Below are positions 16,061 to 30,570 of a DNA stretch of 64,000 nucleotides, one piece after another. Under the pieces are notes generated by a model, which saw only the letters and a list, made by a program, of their open reading frames with translations, was not told where the DNA came from and searched no databases. Every line of letters starts with the position of its first letter. Within the stretch, counting starts at the first letter, position 1. The stretch comes from the human T2T-CHM13v2.0 reference genome, Homo sapiens. The DNA is taken from the NCBI RefSeq assembly GCF_009914755.1, contig NC_060927.1; one strand, written 5' to 3'. The translations under genes were made by a program, and so were the position numbers.

Positions 16061-16137
16061 CTTTGGTTAAATACTAGTAGTTCATATGTCGGAAACTCAT
16101 CCTTCATTTTCTTCAATGAAAATACGGCATTTTACAG

Positions 16138-16342
16138 CAGTGCTGTCCAATAGAATTGTTGAAATTATGGAAATACCCGCGTTATCTAGTATGCGTATGC
16201 CCATTAGTCACATGTGGCTGTTGATTACTCAAATGTGGCTAGTGTGACTGAGAAATAGAATTCAAGGTTTTATTTAATTTTAAGTAATTTAAATTTAAAT
16301 AGTTACATGTAGCTAGTGGTTCTAGTACTGGACAGAGAGGCT
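16138..16342. mobile_element. MER3-like hAT-Charlie DNA transposon
   Basis: cagtgctgtccaatagaa...cacatgtggct...aatttaaatttaaatagttacatgtagctagtgg...tggacag. Confidence 0.8.
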
Positions 16343-19300
16343 ATAGAGTTTGAGAGACCTGGGAGAATTTGTAGTTTGCGTTTCCTGGGGTAATGACAAT
16401 ATCTTGGCATTTTGTGGCTATCAGTATCTTGACCTCGTTAGGGTTGTCAGTGAATGGTTGTGTCATGAAATAGTAATAATGTTAATAAAGGTGAAATTTT
16501 TACAAAGTGGATAATTGAATGTTTAAAACTGTGATGCCTAACAACAAAATCCTGTTTGATCACCAACCTGGGAAATCCACAGTCTACCGCATCTGGAGGC
16601 ATCCTCTTGTTAATTCCTTTGTAGCCAAGCAAAAACTGCTTTGACATTCCCGCATGATTTTCAGCCTTGTAGATGAGTTCTTGCTTTGTAAAGAGTCCAG
16701 CTTCTTGGTCAAGCTTAACATTAGGCGTGATGATAAGATAGTAAAATGGACTTTGTGGGCCAAAAGCAGCCATTAAGAAGCAAGTGTTTAACTCTTTATC
16801 TTTCTCCTACAGCCTGATGTTGACAGAGCTCCCATCTATGAAAATACATCAAGAAAACTCAGTGGTAATGAAGCTAGATTTCATTTCAAATGACACTGAG
16901 GCCACATAAACGGTGACACTGATGCCTCTTATGATGTGCTTTCATCTAAGCCTTTATGTGGCACTTAAGTCTAATTATTTTAATTTTTTCTTTGTGTTGA
17001 TGAAAAGGGCCGGAGTAGTTGTTTCCACCAGCCATGGTGGGGCTCTGAAATGGAAGCAAGCAAAGCCTCCAGATGGTGGCAGGTATTGGACCATAGCCAC
17101 CCTGCAGACATAATTAAACATGTCTGCAGCCCTCTCATTTAGCAGTTATAACACAGACATTTTCTTTGTTGATGGGATTGAACTGTTATTGTTAGCATTT
17201 ATGTGAAGGACTTGCAGTACTATAGCCAGGTGCTATTTCTCAGCTACTGTGTTAAACACTGGGCCTGGAACTCTGCTTTGAAAGGTTTGGAGAGAAGGTT
17301 CCTCCCAACATTGGGAATGAACATGGTGGTTGGGGTGTTTTCAGCAGGTCCTGTTTGCCCACTTTCCATTTGTAATTCTCAAGTGTAACAGTTCGAATGT
17401 AGAGACTGGCTGTGAAAGTGGATTGGGATTTTAAGACAAAAAGTATTGGACAGCAGGTGAAACACACTTCGTTCCTGGCTGCAGTACCAGCTTCTGTCTG
17501 AAGTTAGGTAAATCATTTAGTTGCTATGGACTTTGACTTTCTTCAGTTGGCAAAACAACCTTTGGGAGGGGAAACCAAATATCACTAGAAAGTGATTTGA
17601 CTTCTCGAAAAGACAATTATGGTTTATTTGTGAAATAAAAGGTAGTTGTGATGAGTGAGTTCCCGTTTGCTGTATCTGCCTCCTTGCCAATAAACTTCCC
17701 ATTTACACTTTTAATGATGATTCAAAGAGCAGATCAGCATTATGTAAAGGCATTTTTGATGAATTAGTCTTATGCATGTCCCTATATGGTATATTCTGTA
17801 GTTAACTGTTTTCATTGAACCTTTACAACTGACTCCACCTTACAATGGGTGCATGATTTTGTAGCGTAAGTTTACTACCTGACCTTGTTTCATGTCCTCT
17901 TCACTGAGGACAAAAAAAAAAAAAGTAACACTTTTCTCTTGTGCTTTTTCTCCCCTGATCCCTTCCCCCACCACATGACCCTTAAGAAATGTTGTCCTTT
18001 TGGAAGCCAGGTCATTTGTCTGAATTTAGGAGAATGTTGAGTTGCATCTTCAAGAAAGGGATGCAACACAGGATGAGGACTGTGGAGGAAGACTTTCTCT
18101 GAGTAAGACCTTGCAAAACATAGATTGAAATATAATTGTCTGCAAATGAATTGACAAGTGTTGGACCCCATTTTTCCAGGCACTTGATTGAAAGGCTGCT
18201 TCTAGCCTGAGGGAGGTCTTGATGATGCTACATTATTGCCTGTGGCCATTGTGAGTGCCACTGAGGTGGCCCTCTTGTGTGCAAGTAGTTGTGGTTCCAC
18301 AATTCCGCTAGGCTAGTATTCAGACCTAATTCTCTGCTTACAGATGCTGTGAATTCCGTAACTCAGAAATGTGTGCTCACAAACATCAAATCAGCCTGTA
18401 CACAGATACATAGAGCAGCCATGTATCAAGGACTTAGAATGACTGCTGATCCTTGAACTCTTTTTTAAAAAGGAAAAATTAGCACAAGGTTAAAACTTAA
18501 AGACATCAGATTAGTTCTGTTTAACAGCAACCTGTTACTTCGTGCTTTTGCATGTCAGCAGCTTGTCCTAGAGTCAGCGAGATTTCTTGCTTGTGACTTA
18601 AAGAATCTTGTCTTTTGGCTGTAGAGTATGATTTCATGGTGGAGGATGTTGCAGATATCTTAGTTTGCTATTTTATAGCATGGGTTATACTTTAAGGGCT
18701 GAAAAAAATAAGGTAATTTAAGCCTGTTTTGAGACACACGGAAAGGAAGCTATTTCATAACTATCAGTCATGTGAAATTTGGCAGGCCCCTAGCCCGTTA
18801 GTGGCCACAGTCACATGATTGATTACCGGTTGGGGACCCACAGTTAGCTTATTGCAGAACTGCATCTGGCATAATTGGTGTTGTCATCCAGTGTCAAACT
18901 ATCCACCCTGTTCTGCCAACTTCCTTCCAATAACAAAACTTTCTTGCCTTGCACGAGTGAAAGCCTGTGTGATTGTATGTGTTTAGAATTACAGAGTTTT
19001 AAACATGATCCAATCACAACTATTTGAACTTCTTGATTTTAGTACATTTGTACCTATGTTGCCAAAAACATTTTTTTCCTTGTCTTTGTGTCTTCTAAAA
19101 CATTGAAGGAAGAGGTCTTTGATGCTTCCTTAATACTTTTATCATGTTTGAAGTCCTGAGCTCTATAAATAATATAGTCCTTATTATCTTTTTATCTTGA
19201 TAATTTATAAAACTGACTGTCCAAAGATATGTACGATACTTGTAGTTTTATATCAAAGAATTTTAAATGCCAAGAACCAGGGAAGCCATCTAATTCTCCA

Positions 19301-19699
19301 TTCGAGCTAGTGCCGAGACCTACTGGACAACATCTTGACACTTGGTCATTGGCCTGTGCTGGAGGCATGATATTCTAGTCCTGGTTCTGCCTCTGCCCGC
19401 CAGTTTGGTTTTAGATCTCTTCATTTTTGTGATTAATGATATGAAAAAGTTGGACCAAGTGGTCACTTAGGTTTCCTTCAGTTTTTGATTTCTGTATGAA
19501 GATATAGAAATATCCCCTACACGTCAACAACAACAAAAATGGGAATTAACCGATTCCTTCTAAAAGCTGAAGGCTCCTTGGCAGTGGATATTGACCCTTC
19601 AACTTTTAGAAGGAATCAGTTAATTTTTTGTTGTTGAAACATGTCTCATTTTTATATTGAGCCTAAATTGGCATGGTCAGAGATAGGCTTCTATAGCAC

Positions 19700-19763
19700 T
19701 ATTTTTCCACATATTTTTGAGTGGGGCACACATTGAGAAACATATTTTACATTGTAGCCCAGT

Positions 19764-19802
<39 letters not shown>

Positions 19803-19970
19803 TTTATATACATATAACTGAATCAAAAGTTTCACAAATCAATACTTGCCTTTTTCCTTTGTGATGCAATTCTATTCGATTTTATTTAAAAGAATGCCAG
19901 TCAGTGACCCACTAAATTGATTATGTGACCCAAGAATGGGTCCTGACCTGGAGTTCAAAAAACACTACTC
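19700..19970. mobile_element. hAT-Charlie-type non-autonomous element containing (CA)n
   Basis: gacccactaaattgatt...aatgggtcctgacctggagttcaaaaaacact terminus. Confidence 0.6.
19766..19798 (+). repeat. (CA)16 microsatellite
   Basis: Uninterrupted CA run. Confidence 0.95.
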
Positions 19971-20261
19971 CATAGCAACCCAGAACACATTCGTTTCTTC
20001 TTTCACATGATAACCCTGTAAACTCAACTATGGTTAGCTTGTTTGCCTTTAGTCCTCTTTTACAGGCTTAAGGTCCCAGTTTCCAAAGCTTTTTCTTTCG
20101 TGATTTGATATTTTGACTCATCACCATACTGGTCGGTTGTTCCTGGATACTTACGGTTTGTATCCCTCTTAAGGTACCAGAAGAAATCTAATCTCAAAAT
20201 AAAATTTAACTAGGGCCAGGGTCTTTCTTTTATATTGTTTCCTACTAATGTCATTATATTA

Positions 20262-20400
20262 CACATTTATTCTACAAATGTTTGTTCTATACATGTGTAC
20301 TGAGCACTACTATGTGTTAGGGCTATCCTTGGTGCTTGAGGACACTGCAGTGAGCAAAACAAAAATGTCTGCATTCAGAGAGTGTACATTGTAGAGAATT
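20262..20400 (-). mobile_element. L2 3' fragment
   Basis: ctgagcactactatgtgttagggctatccttggtgcttgaggacactgcagtgagcaaaac. Confidence 0.7.
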
Positions 20401-21986
20401 GCACTAGCCACTAGGAGTATGGCAATGTCAAATGAAATACCCAAGCGCTCAGTCATAGATATTCCTCTGTACTGCTCAGTTGCACGTGATCTTTTAGGGC
20501 ACCATGTTATTGTAGACTGTCAGGCATTTACTCTCTTCATTGTGAGTTCCTCCTGCCTTTCCACTTGAGTGCACATCTTGGCAAAGATGAAATGTCAATT
20601 TCTGGGAAAGGCACCTATGTGTTGTTTCCCTTATTATTTTTAATTAATTTATTTTTTTTAAACAGAGTGGAAATTAGAGACTTAAAAATGATCAAAATAC
20701 AGAAATATGAAATTTTTCCTGAGGTTCAGACTGGTTAAAGGAAGATTGAAAGTTTCCATTGTATTTGATAAAGGCATGTGAATTCTAATCAGGTCACAGG
20801 GCATCAAGAGGGGTCTTTAACTCTTTGGGAACATAAAGTACACTTTTTAAATAAAATTATAACTTTTCCTGGGGTGACTTTGTCATGGGTAAATTTGGGC
20901 CAAGGTTAATGGTTTTAGAGGTTGAATTACTTATGTTTGTTTTATGTAAAGTAATATATTAGGGCAAGAGATTTGAATGAACAAAATAAACAAAAGATAT
21001 GGTCTCTATCTTCAAAGCTTGCATTTTAGTTAGAAAACAAAATCTGCATAATGAAATTATATAAACGAGTGATCAAATCACATAATAAGTACAACTTGAA
21101 AATGATGATAGGTAAATAGAATTCATCAAGAAAGAATAACTGGAGACCCAGCATTTGAAACAGATGGGAATAAATTGGTTAAAAAAAATAAAAAAAAGTG
21201 TTTATAATAAGTTGAATGTAATTTAAGGAATCTGAAGCATTAAAAATCTGTGCTTAGGTGAAACTGCAGTTTATTTACCTTTTAGAAACTAGTCTGATTT
21301 TTTTTCCTTCTGTTGTTTGAAAATTTACAAATTAGGAATTTGTCATAGGAGATGTAAATATATTTCTAACATGAGAAACTAATGTCTAGATAATGAAAGG
21401 GCATGGGAAGGAAGCCTTAAACATGACATTATTCAGTCAGAATAGGATTGCATTGATCCAGCGGTGTGAAAATCATTATGGAGTGGTGTTTTCACACAGG
21501 CCTCTTCCTTTACTTTATTCTGAACTACATAAATATCAATTAAAGCTTTCTAGTCCAAGTTAGCAGATGGCGATTTATGTCGGACTTATAAACAAAGCCC
21601 CAGAACATTACTATACCTAATTGATGAATGCTCTCTCCCTTTCCTGAACAAAGATTTTGGCCTCCAGTGTGGTTGTCTGAGAGAAAATTAATGAATTCTT
21701 TTCTGTGGTCTCATGTAGAAAGGCTCCCGTTTATAGAAATATTTGACTTTTCCCCCCCCAAAAAAGAAAACTTGAATACTTTTAAGTTGCCTAGTAATTT
21801 AAATTCCCAAAGATGGACTGGAATAGTATTTGGCATTAACATTTACCTAAAAAATTATATTTTCGGCTTACAGCAGAATGATGCCTCAAAACACAAAATA
21901 GTAATCAAAATAAAGCACACAGAAAAGTGGAATGTGTTTAATTATTATAACTTTAGGTAGACATCCAAATTAGGGCTCATATTTTA

Positions 21987-22307
<321 letters not shown>

Positions 22308-24309
22308 AGAGCTCATATTTTAGACTCTTTTTCTGTGAACTCTTTTCTTTCGACTTGTTGTTCTTTAAGGTGAGATGACACTTTGTACTAATTCTTAAAA
22401 TGAACCCTTCCCTCAATTTGAAATATGTGAAAATAGCTGTTTTGTACTATGGACCTGTAAGTGGCGTCTTGTGGTTTAGGGGCTGTTGCAATGTCCACCT
22501 CCAGTGGAATGTAGGTCACTGCATCAGAAGAAGGTAGAGGAGCCAGGGGATCCATAGGCCTGTGACTGCAGAATGTATTCCTTACCTTTTGTTTGAAAAT
22601 AGTAAATTTCATTTGTGAAACAAAACCTGCCTTTTCTTTTTCATCCTAGCTTCTTTGAAATGAGCAGTAGGCTGATCGGGGGTAGATATTCAAATATACT
22701 GAAACATTAAGGTTGCTGTAGATGAGAAAACAGTGGTACTTTGGTTGAGGGCAATCTGCACTAAACACTTTGACTTTAATGATAGCTTTCTGCCCGCTGC
22801 CACCCAGGTGTCTTTCTTGTGCTCATTGGTTTGAGGGTGCATTCCTCAAATGAGAGGGGCAATTCAGGTAAAAGTTTTCAATGTTCCTGCCCAAGGCAGC
22901 CTGCTAAAGGAAGTTCTCTTGGTGATGACCATCACATGATTGCCACGGGAATGTGTTTACTACACGATCTGTTGATACAGGTAATAAAGAACACACTGAT
23001 GACTTTTCCCCACGTAATCTCTGAGGTCGGTATTTTAGTAACCTTTGAGATAATAATTTAACTCACGCCCTATAGAAATTATGTATGCAGTAGGCCCTTG
23101 GTAGAGACTGACATTTATATAAGGTCAGTGTTGGTTGACCTAGTTTGATCTGGCCCTAGATTTATAAATGAATGAATGATCTCCCCAGAATTAGGAAGAC
23201 ATGACATCAAAAATATGAATTCATCATTACTGTAAAAGTTTAACATGCTGTTAAACTGTAGCATGTTAGTGAGACGAGGCCTCAGTATCTTCTGCTGGTT
23301 GGGGAAAAAAAATAAATGTGTATTAAGTCTCAGGAGCCTGCGTGGTCCTCATGCTTGTTAAATCCAGAATGGGTCTCTCCCTTTCTCCAAAGATGGAGTT
23401 TGGCCTTGGTGGGATTCTGTGTTGGGAGCTGCAGTCCCAGATGCTTCTGCTAGTTTAATAGAAGAGATCAGGAAGAACAAACTGGCAAGTGAATTGGACA
23501 GATACAGACCCAAAAGACTTCAGATAATTGGAAAGAAATTTTGCAACCAGGGCATTTCTGCCATCAAAACAGAGGTATCTTGCAATGATTCTTGTGCTGG
23601 CTGTTGTTGAGGTCTTACTTTAGCACTGGGGATGGGAGATAATTCCCGTATAGCCATAATACGGGAAATCACCAGTATCCTTTAAGATGACAAAATTCAA
23701 ATTCTAATAAAGACAGGATTTGGGACATTTTTTAAAGAGAGGTGCTGGGTGTGGAGAGGGAGGAAGTCTGGTTTCTGATAAGGGCTTCTCCTCATTTTAC
23801 AAGTCTGCTTGTCATGAGAGAAGTATTATTCCTGGAAATGAAAAACATGGAGGCAGAAAATCCGTTTCTTCAAAAACAGATAGTGGATTTTTGCACTGCC
23901 AACCTAGCTGTTGATCTGTCAGTCTTGGTAACTGAAACCCTGTCTATGAGGCTGCGTAACATCTCAGATGTTCAGCTTCAAATCTGAGATCACAAACAGG
24001 GTCCTAAAACAAAAAGTTTGTTAAATGCCCAGTCAAGAAAATGGGGCTACGGAAAAACTCAAAACAGAAAAATAAGGTTTGTCTTACAAAATGTTCATAC
24101 TGCATTCTTAGACCTAGTTGCTAATGACAATCAGTTACCTGAATTATAAAAAAAAAGGGGTACTACCCAGTTTCATTAATTGCCTTGTATCCAGGGCTTT
24201 GAAAGGAGATTGGATATTTCATGAATTGATTTTTGAAACTGAGTGTGGTCCTGCTATTAACCATGTCTTGGGAGTTCCCACCCTTGAAGGCATCTTCTGA
24301 AGCTTAGAA

Positions 24310-24622
24310 TTTTTTCTTTCTTTTTTTTTAAGAGACAGAGTCTTGCTTTGTCACTCAGGCTGGGGTGCAGTGGCATGATCCTAGCTCACTGCAACCTTGA
24401 ACTCCTGGGCTCAAGTGATCCTTCTGCCTCAGCCTCCCAAGTAGCTACGGCTGTAAGTATGTATTACCATGCCTGGCTAATTTAAAATTTTTTTTTTTTT
24501 TCTAGAGACGAAGGGTCTTGCTATATTTCCCAGGCTGGTCTTGAACTCCTGGTCTCAGGCAGTCTTCCTGCCTCAGCCTCCCAAAGTGTTGGGATTACAG
24601 GTGTGAGGCACTGTACTAGGCC
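24310..24622 (-). mobile_element. AluJ
   Basis: ccttgaactcctgggctcaagtgatcc (J-type); degenerate TSD tgaagcttagaattttt/tgaatcgttgaattttt. Confidence 0.92.
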
Positions 24623-25506
24623 TGAATCGTTGAATTTTTGACTCTAGTCTTGAAGGGATGGAACCTGCCCTTCTAGTGTTGTTTCACTTTGGGATAAAGC
24701 CCAAAGGCTCAGAGCTCACCTGTAATCTGGTGGTGGTAGACTGATGTGTGTCCATCATGGGTTCAAAGTTGATATTTACTTAGTAAAAACCTGCCAGGCC
24801 TCAGATGGGAGTTAGACGGTGAATCTCCTCTCTGTGTCTGTTAAGGGCACCTCATGTGTTTCATGTAAAATCCTTGTAGAGTAGATTCTCTGAATCCAAC
24901 TGTTAGATTGTTTCAAGTGTTGGACTCATTTTCCTTATAGTAACTTACATAGGAATTCATGTAAGTTAAGGACTTCAGCTGCTTACGTTGTTTCCCATTG
25001 TTTGGAAATAGTTAATGCACTCTTAAAAATTGATTAACTGACCATCAGTGTGTCATGCTAGTCTAAGATTTTACTTTAACAATTGATATATAGAGATTGA
25101 AAGTTGTGATGTAGTAACTCTATTTTCCCTAAGATTCATCTATTCGGTTGACTTTTTTATCCCAGTACTCTCTTCAGGATTGATCATAGGTATTGATTGG
25201 CACTAGTGGTTTACAGATGTAAGAACTGAGAGTTAGATTACCTTTTGGATTCTCCCACTTAGCAACTACAGAAATTTGCTTCTGTCTTACTTTACTTCTC
25301 TAATCATCACTGTTTTCTCCATTAATCAGAAATGTAACCTTGGTGTCGGTGGCATTTCTTTTGTCTCAGTAGCTCTCTGATTTTTGTTCTCTTTTTTTTT
25401 CTTTACAGAGCACAAAACTTATTGACATGAGCCTGGAATTTTGAAGTAAGGGCAGTCATGCTAATATTGTGATTTTCCATATTTGTGCTTTGTATGTAAA
25501 GTGACT

Positions 25507-25555
25507 GTTTTTAACATTTTAATTTTAATTATTATGGGTACATAATAGTTGTATA
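25507..25555 (-). mobile_element. Tiny L1MA-like 3' end
   Basis: ttttaattattatgggtacataatagttgtatata, flanked by duplicated taaagtgact. Confidence 0.6.
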
Positions 25556-28213
25556 TAAAGTGACTCTATTTTGAGTTTTACATTTTACAGGATAAAACCT
25601 TAAGATTAATTCCATACATACATTTCAAAATAAGGCATCGACTTGATAGAAAAGTTTTCTTTTTCCTTAGATCGATAATATGCTGAATACACTTTTGGAT
25701 GCAGAAAATAAAATTCTGAGCAGTATTATAAATTAGAAGATTGAATGGCTCTGTTGGTAAGGTTAGTAACAGGTGACAGATTTGGTATTCATACCTGTTT
25801 GTCACTCGTCATACCTTTTGGCAGTTATTCTTCAGAGCAGTTAGATTAGTGCATTAAGCATTTGGTTTTAAGAAATGTGCTTCAAAGTGAAAGGTAGTTA
25901 ATGCTTACCTAATTGGCTAAAAAGAGCTTTTATTTCTTTTAAGGAAAATAATTTCCTCTTGTTTTATATTATCTGGGCACAATGGCTGAGTGAAATTAAT
26001 TGTTAACTTGAAGCACATTTATTTTCTATGGATGTGAATATTCCCAGAGTACATTTGACACTTTGATAATACTTAATTATGGATTAGGTTCACAATTCTG
26101 TGTGATATGTTGAGATGCAAGTCAGGGGAGCCTATTACATTTATAAAAGTTCAGTAAAAAGAAACTCATCATTAAGGTGGCAGGAAATAAGGATATAGTT
26201 TTGGCATTTGAATTCTTTTGTGTATATGAATTATTTTCCTCATCAGTCTCATACATTAATGTGGAGGTCTGACCAATATATGTTTTCATAAACATTTTTT
26301 CCTGTCTCCAAATAATGTGAATAAACTTAGCTTTATTCCTGCCTGACCCAGTCATTTACTTTCTATGGACAAATAGTATTCCTTGTTATTTGCAAGGCTG
26401 ATGTAACGACACAGCTGCTGGATGCTTGGCATTTCTGCTTCTGGTGAAATGCTCTTTGTGCAGATTTATCTGATCCAGATGTGTGACCAGCAAGCTACAT
26501 TTCTAATTATAGGGACAGCCAAATTCCATTATAAGCACATCATGGGATTATAGGGCCGGGAGTCATCCTGAGAGGACATCTAGTTCATTCTTCCAGCCGT
26601 TCAGCAGGACCACACTTTGTAACCTACTCCAGCACTGAACGAAGCAGCAAAGAATGTTCCACCCATGTATAGGCTGAACGTGGAATCACTGGAATTGTAA
26701 CTGGAAAAAGAGACAAGTCCCTCTGGTCTGGCCCTCTTGCTTTGTGGGTAAACAGATTCAGGCCCAGAGAAGTTTGACTTAATGTGGATTTTTATGACTC
26801 TTTGCCTAAAACTTACTCTTCTTTTCTCTGAAGTGGTCTGTGCTGAGGGAGTGAAAGGGTAGAAGACTGGATTGGAAATGCCAGTTTCACATCCAGATGT
26901 AGCTCTCTACCCATTTAGAAGTAAGAGGTACTGAATTAGTGACAGCTAGATTCCATTGAAGTTTATTAAGTATTTCTGAAACCCAGTATGAAGTACGATA
27001 TTTCATGTCTGTATATATGTTTGTGTGCCTTAGTGATAAAGTACAAAGGAAACTAGGCATGCTGTTAGGGTTAGAATGTTTGCAAGTGTGGTGTGTAAGC
27101 TTACCAAGAACAACATCTCAGAATAAATAAGTGATTATTTAACTTGATTTGATGTTGTTGAGTCTGGGTTTTGATTGTACCCTACTTCAAGTGATAGTTA
27201 GCCTGCCACAGTTTCATGGATGCTGGGAGAAGACAAGGGGTTCCTGTACCACAGAAAAAGGACTGTATTACTCCTGACATACCAAATAGTGTAAACTCTT
27301 ATGCTTAGGGCTTACTGGCATGCCTATGTTGGTTCGTCCTTGCCTCCATGTCCCACAGGGGTGATAAGGATGGAGCGTGCAGATGGAGCTGCACACACTT
27401 TGGGTTTGCGTTGCTGCTGAGGAACACTGAACTCGGAGAATCTGCTGCTTTTATAGCATGCAGTAAATGAACTTGCTCTTTGTTCCAAGGGGGAAGATAC
27501 TACCTCATCTGTCTGTTCACATTGCTCACTGCAAACATAACTTTGAGAAATGGCCTTGATACAAAATGGCAGGATATGTAGAAGCATGAGAGACCTATGG
27601 AGGGGTGTCTCAAAACCATCATGTCCTATAATTGGGACAATCAAATAAAACACTTCACTAGCAACTTCACAGAGAATACAAGACATCAGGTAGTTGTTAG
27701 GAAGCAAATTCATAATGAAAATGGTAAGTGCTGGATAATTAGAGTTAAGATGGGTACAAAATATAAAGAACTTGATTTCTTCTGTATATTGACGTCTTCT
27801 TATGATTTCAAGATGTGGTCAGATTATAATAAAAAAATACTAAAAGAAATCAGGAATTATAAATCTTGTTTCTACACTGTTAAATCTATTAATCTTTTTG
27901 TGAAATGAAAGTATAGTAGCCATGTGGACCCAGGCATAGGTATAGCTCTGTTTCTTAACTGCATTGTGACCTTAGTTTATTTTTCTTTTTAATTGTGAAA
28001 GTTATTTATATTCTTAGTAAAGGAAATTTTTTTTTTCAGACAATAGAGAGGTATAAAAAAGTAAAAGCCTCTCCTAGAGTTCATGGAGGTTGCCACAGTT
28101 CTGTGGCCTTTGGATCAGTCAACATCAGAATGGAAGGGAAACGTTAATGATTTTAGTGGCTACTTGTTACTTCTGAAGGATCAAAGGGCTTGGGACGTTT
28201 ACAAAGTATTCTG

Positions 28214-28595
<382 letters not shown>

Positions 28596-28889
28596 TTATG
28601 AGGCAGTATTATGCTTCTACCACTAAAACAGTGTTACTATTTTCACTTTTGTTCACTCAAATATTTAGCTAATGGTTGTCTTCAACGTAAGTTGGGGCTA
28701 CATAGATCAGGCAACAGTATCTTTATTTTATGGATAATGAAACTGAGACATTCAAGGTTAATTTGTCCAGTTACATGGTTTGGCCGTATTCGGCTTCTTA
28801 TCTCCTTAGAAAAGATTTTGGCCCCAAATAAAACTTTCATAAAGTAGGAGACTATGTAGTTAGTGCACCTGATTTCAATTACTCTGTTC

Positions 28890-29110
28890 TGTTTTTTAAA
28901 ATAGTATGTATCATTTTCTTGCATACTACATAATTTACTTATTATGTTCATTGTTTCTTTCCCCTTACGAGAATGTAAACTTAATGAGAACAAGAATTTT
29001 TGCCTTTCTTTTTTTGTCTTGGGCACTGGTGAAGTTTCAATTTCTGGAACAGCATATTAATGCATAGTGGGTGCTCCAGCTCCATAGTAAATTTGGTGAT
29101 GAAATGAATC
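28890..29110 (+). mobile_element. L2 3' fragment
   Basis: gagaatgtaaacttaatgagaacaagaatttt...ctggaacagc...catagtgggtgctc...gatgaaatgaat. Confidence 0.65.
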
Positions 29111-30148
29111 AACATGTGGTAAATACGTGGTGCTACAAGGTGATGAGATCATCTCCTTGATCTTAGATTATGTTTTCAGCTTTGAGCAAGTGGTGGGACA
29201 TCTTGGGATGATACTGCTTACCTCATTTGATTTGATCAATGAGATTGAATTTGTAAAGTTGGGCTTCAGGATATGGCCTACAGATTTTTTTGCGTTTGGT
29301 TTTGTAGAGTGTTTTAAAAACTTTGCAAGCAACATTTAAGAACTAAGGGATTTCACGTAAAATAAGATTTCTAGCTTTTTTGGTTTGTTTGTTTTGTTTT
29401 TTTCTTTAGAAACTGAAAGATCTGACAACATAGCCTGCATTCCTATATGGTTAGTGAAGGTCTTGAACTAAATAGCAGCTCACTGTTAAGAAAGGGCATT
29501 TGCTCGCTAGTTTACCACAGTCCCCCTGACTCTCTGTTAACTCTTGATACCGAAGCTGAGTTGTCAGTTGCTTTTTCCCATCTTTTACATTCTTTAATTT
29601 TTAAATATGAAGAAATATTCAGCCATGTTTTTTGAAAGGAAATAAAGGAAAGGTCAACCACTTCACTCATCGACATTGCCTCCATGGCCCTTGTTAGGCA
29701 ATTGAAACTTGGAGCCCCTTGATGTGTTTATCTAAGACCTCTGCTTCTTTGAGGTCTAGACTTTTTATGATTATGGTTATGATTGCTGATGGTATGCAGA
29801 AGAGAAGAGATAGCAATTCAAAGGAATTAACCTCAGTGCTTTGACTGTGGAAGTGGTAGCATGGAATGTGAGTCTGGGGAAAAGTGCTTCCTTTGTTGAA
29901 CTATTAATGCATAATGGATTCGGATGTTAAAAGTGCATGGCCACATTGCTTGTTTCTCAGATACAGTATTAGAAGGGCTCTATAGGTGTATATATAGTCT
30001 CTATTCTAGAGAGCTTTTATTTTTCTGTTTGTAAAGGTGGCAAAAATTGCAAAAGATTTAAAAAATATTACTTGTAAAAAGTGATATTTCATCCAGGAGA
30101 AATGAATGCTTGAGATTTGTTGTCTAAGACCTAAACAATTAAGCTCTG

Positions 30149-30570
<422 letters not shown>

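Noticed and set aside
27324-27908. Overlapping 129-aa (-) and 103-aa (+) ORFs
   Set aside because: No recognisable domain, splice context or retrogene hallmarks; lengths are compatible with chance.
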